Origin: Gnetum montanum
Lineage: Eukaryota > Plantae > Gnetophyta
Reading direction: 5' to 3'
NCBI GenBank assembly: GCA_015680685.1
Contig: MNCI01000751.1
Coordinates: 483,314 to 547,313 of the forward strand
DNA length: 64,000 bases
The notes under the pieces are model-generated. The model made no database searches and was not told the DNA's origin. It saw only the letters and a program-made list of their open reading frames with translations. Shown here in pieces: positions 11,601 to 25,000 of this stretch. A program made the translations under genes and the position numbers. Every line of letters starts with the position of its first letter. The stretch's first letter is position 1.

Positions 11601-12341
11601 GGGATCCCACCATGCTGTGGTGGCAGGCCTTGTCGTGTGAATTGGGAGCATAGTCGGCGTTGTAGGTATCGTGTGCACATGTGGTGGCACAGGCATAGGC
11701 ACATGATGAGGTGGGTTAGGTAATCATGCCTGCTGAGGAATGATCTGTGATGGACCGTCACCTGAGAAGATAGTCGGAGAGAGAAAATGTAAACATGGTG
11801 AATGCGGGACTCGATCGATGTTAGACAACGTCAAAGGTGTGGTGATCATGAACAATGGATTTACATGAGACACTGTGGAGGGAGGGGCCATGGTGAAATT
11901 AGCATGACTACCTCCCTTAGAGTGAGATTCTAGATCGTCTCTTCTATTGTAAAGCGTTTCATCATGGAACAAGGCCTCTAGTTGTTCTAGCGATGTCTTT
12001 GCCATCAACATTTGATCTAGGATCCACTTTTGTTGATCTATTAGGGGTATGAAAGTGCTAGGCGTAGGAATGAGTTCCTTCCCGTTGCAGTACATGAGCT
12101 TGTACTCTCGTTTTTCCTCGAGTTCTTGTGGATACATAGGCAGGTTTGCCGCTAACTTAACATACAGGAAATTTTAGCTTTCCCTGCACTGAGCTTGTCC
12201 CTTAGGCTCCTTGTTTTGTAGCCTGAGGGAGCGGTGTGGTCACACCAGACTAAGTGGTTGCTTGACCATGGGAGGCATGACTTGCATGGTCCAATGGTTC
12301 TCAAGGCTAGTAGTGTCAACGGAAGTAGTTGATGTAGTCAT
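8610..12341 (-). pseudogene. gag: gag-protease of E1
   Basis: Retrotrans_gag-like core (YNGEGDPNAHL, SLTGKALDWY), Tat-type knuckle FCDYHQLCSHDMDYC, aspartic protease RVHVDDGTTTNVIP...FNLILGRSWL. Ends IRKQLQG* at 8610-8612. Interrupted by several stops. Confidence 0.9.
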
Positions 12342-12428
12342 TTTTTACGCGATATGAAGATAATGATGATAAAATTAGAGATTGGAAGGACAAAGGAAAA
12401 CTAAGATAATAATCGGGGCTTTTTATCT

Positions 12429-13956
12429 TGTAGGATTTCAAAGGAATCGTCGAAGCAACCGATCTGCACCACATAATTTCGTAAACAACCTCGAAGGTAT
12501 TACGTTTACGTTGATTGATAATGGGGGCAGATAGCTTACAAGACTACATGTAAAATACGGATTGGATATCAAGGCCCTCCTTCTAGCACCAGAGAACTAT
12601 TAAGATGGAAAACGTCGGTCACTGGAAATACTGAACGAAAGTCCATGTACATAGTTTTAACTCCGGATCTGTGCAAGGACTGTGCTGGAGAAAGAAATGA
12701 ATCTGAGGTACCCTGAACGGTCTTGTCGATTAGACAGGGACTTACTTAATCAGTAAAATTTTTGTAATAATTTGATGACAAAATGACGACTCTTTATGAG
12801 GAGATGCAATATTGTTAATCCTAAAGAAAATAATTGAAAGCGATGTAAATGTAGAGGGATTGCCAAATCTGTATAAATGAGACGCAAGGAATTAGACTTA
12901 TAGAAAGTATGATCACAAGATCTGAGATTTAATTTATGAACACAATATGTCGGATGCAATGATTATAGAAAGGCTTCAGTTTGGATGAAGCACATGCTAA
13001 TAGTAGGAAAGGAGATGAAACAAGCAAGGGTCAATCTACCTTGTTCTAGCCAATTTGGGCACAAGGAAGTTAGACCCCGGGGGTAGAATATCTATCAGCC
13101 GATTGTTTCTGATCAAGGATTCTTGCCAATCAACTCTGATACTCTCACGATCATTGATCCTCTTTTGCTCTCTTTCCAACCTTGAAGGAGAAAAATTTTG
13201 CTAACCCTATTGATCTTCGTCAACTAGAGCATTTATAAGGTTAGGGTCAGGAGGAAAATGTGGTTTAAGTAATGCATGTCCTGAACTCATAAGATGCCGT
13301 TGACTCAATGTGTTGTTGTTGAAGCTTGCGACGCTATGCTGCGTAGCGTGTCGTAAACTACCCTCATGTGGGCTTTGGCAACAAACTATCCTTTGATTAG
13401 GCTGTAATATGCTAGAGAGCGTATTATGGCATATGAACTACTGATGTCTAAATTGTGCTTTTTGTTACTTGCATTACGCTGCATTACACTAAATTACACA
13501 TCATAGCCTAATTCAGCATAAAATAACAAAACCGCAAAATTTGAAGTATTGTTATGATGCTTCCTCTGTTTCTGATCAATCCCTTTTGGCGCTTTATTAA
13601 GCCGCACTACGTAACACAATGTAATGGCCCCCCCGTTAGCCATTTTTTGATGCTGTGGTAGACTGTCTTTGATATTATGCTGCGTATCGCGGCATTACGC
13701 TATGTTGTGTAATGCAGCATAATGTACTAAATGTTGAGATTTTGGAACATAGAAAACTCGCAAAGTGGAAGACTTGCTGTCGTGCACCCATTGTTTTGTC
13801 CTGTCTCCTGAAGTTCATCCGTATTGTGCTGTGCCTTGTCGCGACTCCCTGCTTGGGTCACTAGATTTTTCCAAACCGTTGAGGCTTCAGAAATTTTATG
13901 GTGTTTCAACAAGGTGGTGAAAAATTAAAAATTTTGACCAAGTATGGGTGACTACA
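12429..13956 (-). repeat. 5' LTR of E1 (~1.5 kb)
   Basis: Minus-strand termini TGTAG...CTACA, TATAAAT at ~13232-13238, and a 3' end similar to 23012-23050 of E2. The partner LTR is outside the window, so the ends are inferred. Confidence 0.65.
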
Positions 13957-14466
13957 CTCTCATCCAACTACGCTCTCCACTAGGCATCTAGTGTGGAGCA
14001 TAGTTTGATAAGTGTTTATAGAAATGCTTGCATTGTGAGTGTTCAAAAAAAAATTCTATTTTTTTGGGACTATGCTCTCCATGCATTGAGAGTGTAGTCA
14101 TGATGATCCTAAAGTAAGAAAAAATTCATCCTCTTTTCGGACTACGTTGTTCACTAAGGTAGCCTAGAGTTAGAAAATTTTTGCCAAAACGTTGTAAACT
14201 ATGCATGATGCTAAACTTGCAAAATATAATGCTAGGCCTATGAAAACATGCTATACACTAGTGCGTACGAGGTGTGTCAAATGGATTGGTTGATGCCCTA
14301 TACCCATGGAGCTCTAGAGGACATTTTCAAAATTAGGACTTTTTGTTAGTCCATGTCATATAATGTTAATTTTGCTAATTTTTGCTAGCTTATTTTATTA
14401 ATTTCATTTTAAAATTTACATCTACTTTTGTATACTAACATTTTGCTTATTGCTTGGTAGTTGCAA

Positions 14467-17400
14467 GGTGTTGCTAAAGCCTGTGTTGATCATCATGGAG
14501 CTCATGGGCATCCTATGTTGCATAAGTGAACCCATTCTAAACATGCCTATGCTAGATATGAGGGTGGGCCATCAGGTGGTGTGGTTTCAACTAGGGGCTC
14601 TTGAGTTCCTAAAATACTTTTTGTAGTAGTTTAGTATGATCATGTGGTCACACTTGGTAGTGGAGGCTGCTAATGCCATCACCGAGACCTTGCTGCCCAG
14701 GCTAATTAGGACATGTTGAGGTTCATGTCAAATGAACCTACTACTAGTGGTAATGGGGTAGGTGGTTCAAGTAGAGGTCTTAGGGATGCTTGGCACTTAT
14801 CTAGGATAGGGAACATGATGGGGTTTGGTTGCTACAATAAGAGAAACACCCTTTTTGTTGCATTATGAATGCATACCCTATTCTAGAACCCACCTAGAAT
14901 TGTCTACTATGTAAGAGGGTAAGTGCGTTCCTGATTTTCACAGTGTGTTTTTGTTACTTTCCCATGTTAGATTTCTAATGACTTGTGGTTAATTCTAGGT
15001 TTAGAGTTGACGAGGAGGGCCTACATGATGAGGCAGACACTCTAGCCTTGGCCAGTACTACCCTAAAGGTGTTCTCATCTAGCTTGAATGTTTGGGAAGC
15101 TGTGATTGAGTAGGTGGGGCCTGATCTGGAGGGCTATCCTATTCAATACCCAAAGGCATATGAGCAATGTAAGATCCATGGTTGGTGTGTTTTTGTTACT
15201 TTTCCATGTTTGATTGCTAATGACTTGTGGTTAATGCTAGGTTTAGAGTTGACGAGGAGGGCCTACATGATGAGGCAGACACTCTAGCTTTAACTTGTAC
15301 TACCTTAGAGGTGTTCTCATCTAGCTCAAATGTTTGGGTAGCTATGATCAAGTAGGTGGGGCTCGATTTGAAGGCCTACCCTACCTTATACCCAAAGGCA
15401 TATGAGCGATGTAGGATCCATGGTTGGTTAGATGAGGATGGGCTACTAACTAAGGAGATACTTGTAGTGCAACCTCCATCCTACATCTCATTTGTGCCAT
15501 GTATGCATCTAAGATTTATCTCATGTGCTTGCTTATGTATGCCTATTAGTTTGTCTTTTCATGATGCTAATATTATTTTTCCTTTCTTGTAGTGGCAGTT
15601 TCCTTAGGTGAGATGATGGTGCTCACCACAGGCCACATAGAGGTCACCCTCATCATGAAGTATGATGATGTAGAGGATGCACAACATTGGTTATGTCATA
15701 AAGCCTTAGATGCATTGATTTATTGGCTCATGTATGCAAGGTTGATAGACCTATTTTTGGCCCTGCCTGAGTATCCTGATGGCCAAAATGGTCACCATCC
15801 ATCAAATCTTTTAGTAGTGACTTAGGAAGTTTTTCCAAATGCACAGTATGATGATAGTGCTTGACCTTATCGAGGCCTTCTTTACTAACCTCTTTGGCCT
15901 CCCCATTGATGGCCTGACAATTATTGATAAGGCTAGTAAGGAGGTGGACCATAGAGAGAAGATTGAGGACTAGTTGGAGGCCACCCAATCTCACAAGGGC
16001 ATACCAATTAAAGATGTGCTTGTGCTTGAGGTGTGGGATCTCTACCCTCTTTTCCACACTCATGCCTTTCTGAAGTTGCTCTCCCAAGGAAAGATCCTTG
16101 GGGTGGAACATGCATGGATGATGAAGGAGGTGCTACTGGAGGGGGCAAGGTTCAATTGAGCTACCTATATAGCTACCGACTTGCATGCATAGATCTCTAG
16201 GTTGTGGTTTAACCTCTAGGTGAAGTTCCATGTCCACTTTGTGTTCTTCATAGGATACCTATGAAGGTTTGCGAAGCTCTTAGTTGTGCATGACGATGGA
16301 TGATGGGTTGTGTAGAATCATGAGCATCTCTCCAAGCCATGGATTAAGCACATGTTCATGACCACTTGCACATAGGACCCCCTAGAGGGGATCGATGAGT
16401 CATTATCTGTAACAACAAAGGGTCCTATGTGGTAGTCACATCATTCATATGATAGCGTAGGTGAGGGCCCTCTAGTTGGCATTGGGAATATGAGTAATGA
16501 AGATTGCTATATCTCGGAGATGATGGGACTATCTAAGGTAAAGATTAAGAGACTACATCCTATAGAGGAGGTTGCCTCTAAGGTTAGGAGGCTAAGTAGC
16601 AAGAGGATCTGTATTAGATTTCAAGGCTTACAGATAGAGGTTGCAAGTTAGTATTTGTAAATTTCTTAGATGGACTAATTGTACTTTTTTGTATATTTAT
16701 GTTTTTATATTTTTCTTTCATGTTATGTGGTTAACTAACTAATTATGTGCATAATTTGTACTGATGTGCTATGCATGTATGTGTGTTACTTGTAGAGATA
16801 GGAGAGAAGGCTATAGAAGCAGTGGAAAAAGCAGTAGTAAAAGAAGCACCTCCTCAAGCTAAGGAGGAGGATGCTCAAGGAGATGATCCTCATAAGGTAG
16901 TGGAAGTCCTTTAGCACTTGGAGGAGAAGGGGTTGCTCCATCCTAATGGGGGTGATTTTGATAGCCTGTTTGATGATGCGCAGCTGGGTGAGCCCCCTGC
17001 ACTCATGCTTGAGGACCTGCTAGGTAACTATCTTGGATTGCCATATGTTATTGCGTATTTTCTCTAGCATCTTTAGTTGTTCAATTATATGCTAATTGCA
17101 TTCTTGTGTTACAACATTATATCACCTTGCCAATGGTCCCACGTCTACCTACCACATGGAGCCATGGGTAGACATGCCTAATAAACTCACCTTCATGGAA
17201 GGCATTGTTGAGGACATAGTGGACCACTTGCAATAGGTGAATCTTGAGTGTGGTATGTGTGTTGTTGCTTTGCCTTATGTTACTTTACTACTTTCCTATT
17301 TAGTTATTGGCTAAGATTGATTGATTGTTGCATGCCTACAGGTCCTAAGTTTCAGTGGAATCTAAGTAAGGTGGCCAAGGTGGATGTCCTCCCTGACCTT

Positions 17401-18400
17401 CCTCTTGAAATTGATCAGGTGTCTCATTGCATGTATAAGACATTGAACAAGTGTGTGCTTTCTTGTGCAAAGGTGTTATCGGTTTGTAGGTGCTTATATG
17501 AGCACATGTGGAAATGCATGCGTGAGTTACAGAAGAGAGTGACTAGCCAAGATATGAAGATCAATGATCTTTAATCTAGATATGATTTCTTGGTAGCTAG
17601 ATCTTAGGGAAATAGCACCTGGTGTACCTCTCAAATAGAGTATGCTTGATACTAGATAACTCTTAGAGGCAAGAATGAGGCCACACTAGAGTTGATAGAG
17701 TAGTAGTTGCAGATGGACTTTCTTGCCCAAAAGAATTAAGATTTGAAAAATTATAGTAAAAAGGTGTATAGATGGGGGTAGACTCAGAAGAATCATAAGC
17801 ACCAATACAAGTGCTAGTGTGACACATACCTTTACTTGTACAAGGACAAGTCTACCAAAATTCTCTGCCTCAAGATATTTCTTGAGGTGATTGGAAGGAG
17901 GTAAGCATACGAGTTGTTTTCATGGCATACGATGATGAGTGGCTCTCTTGAGAGGAAGATTATCACCCCTTTAGGAGAGGTTTCTTTTACTACCTTCTTG
18001 ATGGAGCTACTCACATGGACTTCCATGGACAAAGGCAAGACCCTTGTAGGGATTAACTTTGGCTAGGAAGACTAGACACAACCTTTTCAGACCAAGATCC
18101 TCCAGCGCTTGGAGGTTGGCCTTGGAAAGTTACCTCTAGAACACACCGATGCAAGACCCTCTCAAGTTAATTCTTATTTTTTATGCTTTTCACATGTTTT
18201 GGGTTAGCTTGTATCATGTAGGTTTGCTTACTAATAACACCTATTTACTATGGTTTTTGTAGTATGTACTAAGAGATGCTACATGCCCCAACAATGTAGT
18301 GGAGGATGAAGAAGCTCCACCCCCACCTAGAGCCATCGATTGAGCATGACTTGATGTACCCTTGCTACTAGGAATTTTTGCTAAAGTTTTTCCGCATAGC
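14467..18400 (+). pseudogene. Antisense accessory gene of E2 (FCP1-like, PMD-like, coiled coil), degenerate
   Basis: LLKPVLIIMELMGILCC...VVWFQLGALEFLKYFL**FSMIMWSH...YNKRNTLFV...NPPR. Introns 14919-14998 and 15501-15592 match the E1 positions and phases. Also GARFN*ATYIA and QMDFLAQKN. Confidence 0.8.
14943..15426 (+). repeat. 242-bp direct tandem duplication (splice acceptor plus partial exon)
   Basis: 14943-15184 and 15185-15426 align closely. Confidence 0.9.
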
Positions 18401-18569
18401 GCTACTCATGCTATGTACTACTATTTATATGATATCTAATGAATATATTTGCTATGTAATGTGTAATGTGTAAATTTTTTTTAAAATAATTTTTATTTTC
18501 TATGCACTTGTTATGCTTATAATGTGATAAATTAATATGCTAAATTAGTATTATGCAACGATAGTGTAA

Positions 18570-18820
18570 CTAGGCCATTGTGAGCCCCATGCTAGTTTAA
18601 GGCCATAGTGGGAGGGTTGATTCTAGTTTAAGGCCATTTCAGGCTACGATGCTAGTTTAAGGTCATTTTAAGGCCATTTCAGGCCACAATGCTAGTTTAA
18701 GGCCATTTCAGGCCACGATGCTAGTTTAAGGCCATTTGAGGCCACATGTTGTCAATTTAAGGCCATGGTGGGCCATAAGGACAAAATTAAAAGTGGTAGT
18801 TTAAGGCCATTTTGGCCTCC
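18570..18820. repeat. Tandem array GCTAGTTTAAGGCCATTTCAGGCCACGAT
   Basis: About seven copies, at the same position in the element as the E1 array at 8020-8400. Confidence 0.9.
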
Positions 18821-19104
18821 AGTATGTTCCTATCTTTGTTTTTGTTTTTTTTTTTTTGTAATTTTATTTTTTTTATGGTTTTTATGCATTTTGATGTTTT
18901 CTTAATGCATAAAGGCAAGTGCACTAAAGAAATAATGGCAAAAATGTAGACTAAGCTTTTAGATGCGTAGGCAATGAAAATGGTAAACTAACTGTAAATA
19001 ATATGTTACAGTGCTAATGCAACATAAATGGGGAGTAGGATGCAGGGTGCGGGGAGGTGAATAGTGGGCAAGTTCCTAGCATGCTTTTGGACTAAGGGAA
19101 TACT

Positions 19105-22100
19105 TTAGTTATGTAGTTTCTTCCTAACTCAGTGTGAATTAGGTGGCACACATGGCTTAGAGGGAACTATTCGGTAGTCTTCTTGAACTTTGCTCACTAT
19201 GTTGAAGGGAAATTCTATCCACAAGGTGTCCTTCAGGAGGTTAATGGTTTCTACCACCTCTTTAGGTGGGTCTACCTCATGCGTTTCATCCTCGTCCTTT
19301 GCTACGGACATGTCATCAGGAAATTCCACCTCTAACCCTTTCTCCATATCTATGTTGTTAATGGCCAGAGGAGCTACATTATCATCATGGATGATAACTT
19401 CACCACCTTCATATGAAAGGTGGATTTCTTGATGAATCAAGTAGGAGATGGCCTATAGCTAGGCCAACCATGGCCTATCCAATATTAGGTTGAATCCTAG
19501 CAACTCTTCTATCATGATGAATTTGATGATGGTGAGGAATTACTCCCCTATTGCAAAGGCTATGGTTATAGTACCCTTAATAATGACATGTGACTTGCTA
19601 AAGGATTTTGGGAACATGATCTTTGTTGGCTTGATTTGGTCCATGAGGTCTAACTTATCAATGATACTATATGGGATAACATTCATCACTGCCCCTTCAT
19701 TGACATTCACCCTCCAAATCTTGCATTTCCCTACACATATGGTGATGAACATGGATGTTATTTTGACCTCACCCTTCTTAGGGTCAACCTTAATTACCTC
19801 ATCACAAAATGTGAGGGGTGTTGAGCTCGATTCTTATGGTGCAGGAGGTAACATCATAGCATGGATGGAATGCTCATCTACTGGGATGTCCTTTGTGATA
19901 GGAATGGAGGTCAACATCCATACTAGCACTTTGTAGTGGGCAGATGAGGTCATAATCAGGTCATAAAGGCTAAACATTGTGTTTTTCTACTTCAATGCTT
20001 ACTTAACTTGGGCTAATGCATCTATGAAGTCTTTGCCCTTAGTTACGTTCTTAGTTGCTTTAACTTCTTTCATATGGCCTAAAATATGGATTTCATGGGG
20101 AGGTGACTTGGGCTTTGTTAGTTTGGCCTATGTAGGGGCCCTAGTTCTTAGTTGTGAGCTATTGGTGGTGGCCGCCTTCATTGTTTTGACCATGGAAACC
20201 ACAGATAGAGGACTAGTTTTGGTGGACCAAGCACTCTTTACTCTTGATGTTTCCTGATAATCCTATTCATGTGATGCTTGTTGGATCTCCTAGGTTGCCA
20301 CCTAGAGGGTATATTGGCATTGCTAATAGGATTGGCTCTCAAACATGAAAGGAACCAATGCATTTGCCACTGCTAGACTTAAGCTAGGTAAGGGGTTAGC
20401 ATGTTATGGCACCCTGACCATGAAGGATGACTGGGTAGTTTTCATTGATGCAACATGGGATGGAACCCTAACCAAAAAGGATGTTTTAGGTGCTTGGGAT
20501 GGCACTCTAAAAATAAAAGAAGAACTCAAGCCTGTGGGGGCTGAGGGGGCCTTTGAGCTACCAAAGAGCTCTTGAACCATGAATGGTCGCTACATTGGTT
20601 CCGAGTTGTCATCAATACTAATAGTGTTGATGACATAGCCTACATTACCTACATTTAGAGGATCATTATACACTCCCATAGATTAGTTTTGAGGCTAGAC
20701 TAGGTTAGTAATATCAAGTACCAACTTTCCTTTGTTAATCATTCTTTGGAGGTCATCGTACAGGGCTATGCAAAAATTAATGTTGTGACTAGGCAATTGG
20801 TGATAGTGGTAGAACCTAACCAACCTCAAGTGCTTTGGGACTAAGGACTTATTTGGGGCTACTAATGTAGGATTCCTTAGGAGCTTGCAATATCTATCAT
20901 GTCTTGTGTAAGCATCTTCAGACATCTACTTGTATTGGATACGTCTAGCCTTCAGTAGTTGGTCCAATAGTTCATAGGGTTTTAGTGATGGCAAAGTGTA
21001 CCTTGAGTGATCTTTGCACTCAAACATGGGCCTTGGAGTGGCTTGTGTTGTGGCCACTGATGATGTAGGCTAGTTAGTTGATGTAGTGCTAGGGCTGGAA
21101 GTTTTGCTATTGGTTGAGGCCTTAGGTAGCTTGGCCATTAGCCTCAGGTTAGTTGTTTTGGCCTCTTTGGCCACAGTTGCTATGGTTGTAGTTTGCTTCC
21201 CCTTGTCTTTGTCCTTTTCAGCATGTAAGTTTTTATAGGCCATGTAGGCTAGGTCCTTGCTAGCTTCAACTACATCTGTATGCTCTTAGTTTGGGAAAAC
21301 ACTTGGCTTAGAGACTACAGGGCCAAGTAGTATAGTTTTGACTTGATGAAGTTGTTCATTGCACCCTTAAAGATGGCTAGGAGGTGCATTTCTACTATTG
21401 GCTCTCAAATTTTGTTTAGTGAGGTGCTCTAGCATTGGATAAATTTTTACATTAGCTTTAGATGGACCTACTTAATCTACATGAGTTGGTCCAGGGTAGT
21501 TTTAGGCTTCATGTTGTACTTGAAATTCATCACAAACTGGCTTAGAAGATCCTCCAAAGAGGAGATAGAGTTGTAGGGTAATGCGTGGTACTAGTTTAGT
21601 GCCTTTCTTGTGAGTGCTAGTGAGTGACATGGCAAAGACATGTATGATGGTATCTAGTCATGTATACAGTAGTAGGCACTTGGACCTAAATGTCACCAGG
21701 TGTGCATTGGAGTTCCCTTCACCAATGTACTTGGTGAAGTGGGGTGGCAGGATTTGATTTGGTAGAGTCAGCGGTGGGAAAATAAGACTTATGGGGTTGT
21801 CTTGGTAGAAGTCCACTACTTGAACTATTTTAGAGGAGGTGGCCTTGAGTCACTTCACCTCCTCTATCAAGGTTTGGATCAGTTGGAATGCCTGATCCAA
21901 GATTTGGGATGCTCGAGTGGGCTATGCTAGTTGTGTTGCTTGTGTGGTACATGACTTGGTTGTTGGTTGTAACACCATGTGAGGTGCTTGTTGTATTGGT
22001 TGTGCTATGGGCCCAATGATTAGGGGAAGCTAATCATGCATGGATTGAACCACTACTAAGGATGCTAGTGAAATAAGTAGGATGTAAGGTGCTTGAGTTA

Positions 22101-22774
22101 CTTGGGTTTGGAAGACATGCATGGTGTGAATGTAAGGCTGAGCAGGCATCATTTCTACTTGCAAGGATGACTGGGTAGGTTGTGACAATGCCACAAATGG
22201 TAAGTTAGTATGAGGTAGCAAATCTTGATGTGTATGTTGCATTTGGTGTGCCGCTACCATAGGTGTTGACTTGGAAGGGTGACACAAGGGCTATGAATGT
22301 CTCAAGAAAGACAGGTGGGTGGGATTGCGGTAGGGCTAGACCAAGGGTTGTCCATTGAAAGATAGTGTGGAAGGAGTTCTGCTCTTCTTGCAGGGGTTCC
22401 TCATAATCTATTCTCACTTCATGCTCATTTTTTCAAATGAGCTAGGCAAGTATCCAATAGTAATGCTCTGTGAGTGGGATGAAGTTGACTGAGAAGGAGA
22501 CATACTCCCATCTATTTTAGTGGACAAGATTGTAGCCCCATTTAGCTTCCATGTCCAAGTGATCTATGAATAGGCCTGCTTGGATCTTTATGTAGATGAA
22601 TTTATATTATTCATCATTTAGTGTAGTATACTTTGGATCTTGGCCACCTAGCCTAAGGAATTACGTTGGCTCTACCATGGTAGGACTAGCAAGGTGGTGA
22701 ATCATGTTTTGTTGTTGGATGGTCAAGATGGCTAGTGTGCTTGGGATTGATGTTGAAGGTTGTTTAGAATTCAT
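19105..22774 (-). pseudogene. gag: gag-protease of E2, degenerate
   Basis: Homologous to E1 (FYHYHQLPSHNINFC; RVNVNEGAVMNVIP; MIHQEIHL). Ends VRKKLHN* at 19105-19107. Confidence 0.85.
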
Positions 22775-23003
22775 GTGTGTAGATTAAAAGTTGCAAAAAA
22801 AAAAAAATGGCTAACTCTACTAGTTGTAAGAAAATGGCTATGTTTGAAAATTGCAGAAAAAATGCCTATGTCTAGTAATTGTAGAAAAATGGCTAACTCT
22901 AGAGACTATTCTTTCTATGATAAGAGCTAACTACACTCTCTATGTTGAGAGCTAACTATGCTTTCTACTAAGCACCTAGAATTTAGCTAATTGTGGGAAG
23001 GTG

Positions 23004-25000
23004 TGTTGCTACGTAGGGTTCCAAAGGAATCAACGACTGGGTCCAATCTACACTAACTGGTTAGTAGATGATGCCTACACCAACCTAAGATCTAGCTACT
23101 GCTACACATGCAATAGGTCCATAGGGGTGATGGGTCTATGCTAGCCTGAAGCTAGCAATGATGATGTAGAAAGCATGCAAGACAACTGCCATAGAGATCA
23201 AAGAGGAAAATGGTTCTACCCTCCATTTAGTGCTAGAAAATTGTAGTAACCAAAAACATCAATGGTTGGAACATTGAGGGGTTTGCGAGCACACAGTGCT
23301 CACCCTGAGTCCACATGAGGGCCTATTGGAGGTGAAGACAGGGTGCCTTGAATGGTTTTATCAATTGAACATGGACTTACCAAATGCAAATGGGGATGCA
23401 ACATAGTTAGCTACAATGCAAAGGTGAAATGATGCTAAGTGTTGAGCAACATTCACAATGTCAACAATGTCAACAGGGATGAGTGTAGTCAAGGGTTTTA
23501 ATGAAAAACAGAGGTGCAAACATGCAAGGACTACCACCCAGGTGTAGCTATTCATTAGAACAGCAAAAAGTAGGTAAAATGCTAAAAAATATGAGTAAAA
23601 ATGTTGAAAATGTAAAGAGAGACAGAGCGAGAGAATGGAACACCACCTCAAATGGGGTTGAATGTAGTTAAATCCACAAGGGGTGAGAAGGTATGTAGTG
23701 GACAATAGGCATAGTGGATAGCGTAGTCATATTCTTGGGGGTATTTGGCCGTAAATATTGACGTTCTGCCATGGTGTCTATGCTTGTCAGGTTGGCTGCC
23801 ATGGTGTATAGTGGCCTATGGTGGTGGAATACAATGAGCTGTAGTGGTCACAACTTTGCCTCTCTCTGGTTCATTGGAATGTATTTCTTGCTAGCCCAAA
23901 TGTGCCAATGCTTCAAATTTTTTCCAACCCCTAAAACATTAAGAGTTGGAGTATTTATAAGGCTAGATCTTGTGTGAAATGTGGAGAGACTACCATGTGG
24001 TAGAGGAGATGGTTGGGACTATGCTCTCCACTATGGATAGTAATGTTATGCTCTACTCTATTCTACTAGGCTCTATGAGACTACAAGACTGTGACTACAC
24101 TACCAACTACATGTGTGAGTGCCAAGAGAATTGCAATCTACTTGAAAAAATGCAAATTTAAAGACTATGCTTCGAGACTACACTCTTCACTATCTTGTGT
24201 GGGGTTGAGAATAGTTACAATCTGGGGACAAAAGGGGGTACAATAGAAATGTATTTTGCTAACTATGCTTGTCAGAGGTGAGTTAGAGCTAAGCTAAATA
24301 TTGGTGTTATGTTGTGAAGGTCTCTGGAGGCTACTCTAGTTGACTACGCTTGACTACACTCTAGACTAGAGGAGAGCATAGTCACAACACTTAGAAAAAT
24401 TTTGCAAAATGTGAATATGTGCTAACTACACTCTCCATGGGAGGCTAACTACACTCACAATTTGGGTTGAGCATAGTCCTAGCACTTGTCAAAACTTGTA
24501 AAAAATGACTTCCAACTAACTATGCTTGACTATGCTTTAGGCTAGTGGAGAGCATAGTCTCAAAACTTTGAAAAATATACTAAAAGTGGGCCTCCATGTT
24601 GACTACGCTTGACTACACTCTAGGGCAATGGAGAGCATAGTCTCAGCACTTAGAAATTTTTTTTATAATAGTTGGCTTAACACTTAGAAAAACTAGACTA
24701 AAAAACTAACCTTTATGTTGACTACACTTTGCATGAGGCTGAATACATTCTATGATAGTGGAGAGCATAGTTTCAAAACTTAGGAAAAATTTACAAAAAA
24801 TTATCTTATGCTGACTATGCTTGATTATGCTTTCGGGAAGTGGAGAGCTTAGTCTCAACACTTAGAAAATTCTGTAGAAACTATGTTTTGAGCTGACTAT
24901 GCTCTCCACTAGGCTAACTATGCTCTAAGGCAGTGAAGGGCATAGTCCCAACACTTAGAAAAATTTGCAAAAAGTGGCCTCATTCTAAGACTTAGACAAA
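23004..25000 (-). repeat. Probable 5' LTR of E2; the right end could lie at ~24242 or ~25000
   Basis: The 3' end resembles the E1 LTR end and finishes GCAACA on the minus strand. TATAAAT at ~23953-23959. Confidence 0.5.
24320..24980. repeat. ~120-bp tandem units with internal inverted repeat GACTAYRCTCTC...GAGAGCATAGTC
   Basis: Five to six units. The same motif occurs at 13950-14150 and 22810-22970. Confidence 0.85.

Larger units (their letters stand above)
1..13956 (-). mobile_element. Ty3/Gypsy Tat-lineage LTR retrotransposon E1 (5' LTR, gag-PR, antisense gene, RT-RH-aRH-INT; continues past the left edge)
   Basis: Gag, protease, RT, two RNase H domains and integrase are collinear on the minus strand. 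An LTR-like block starts TGTAGTCACCC at 13956. It retains more CpG than its neighbours, suggesting it is the youngest copy. Confidence 0.9.
13957..25000 (-). mobile_element. Older Tat-lineage element E2 (LTR, gag-PR, antisense gene), interrupted by E1; right boundary approximate
   Basis: Same order of modules as E1, but much more decayed. Confidence 0.8.
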
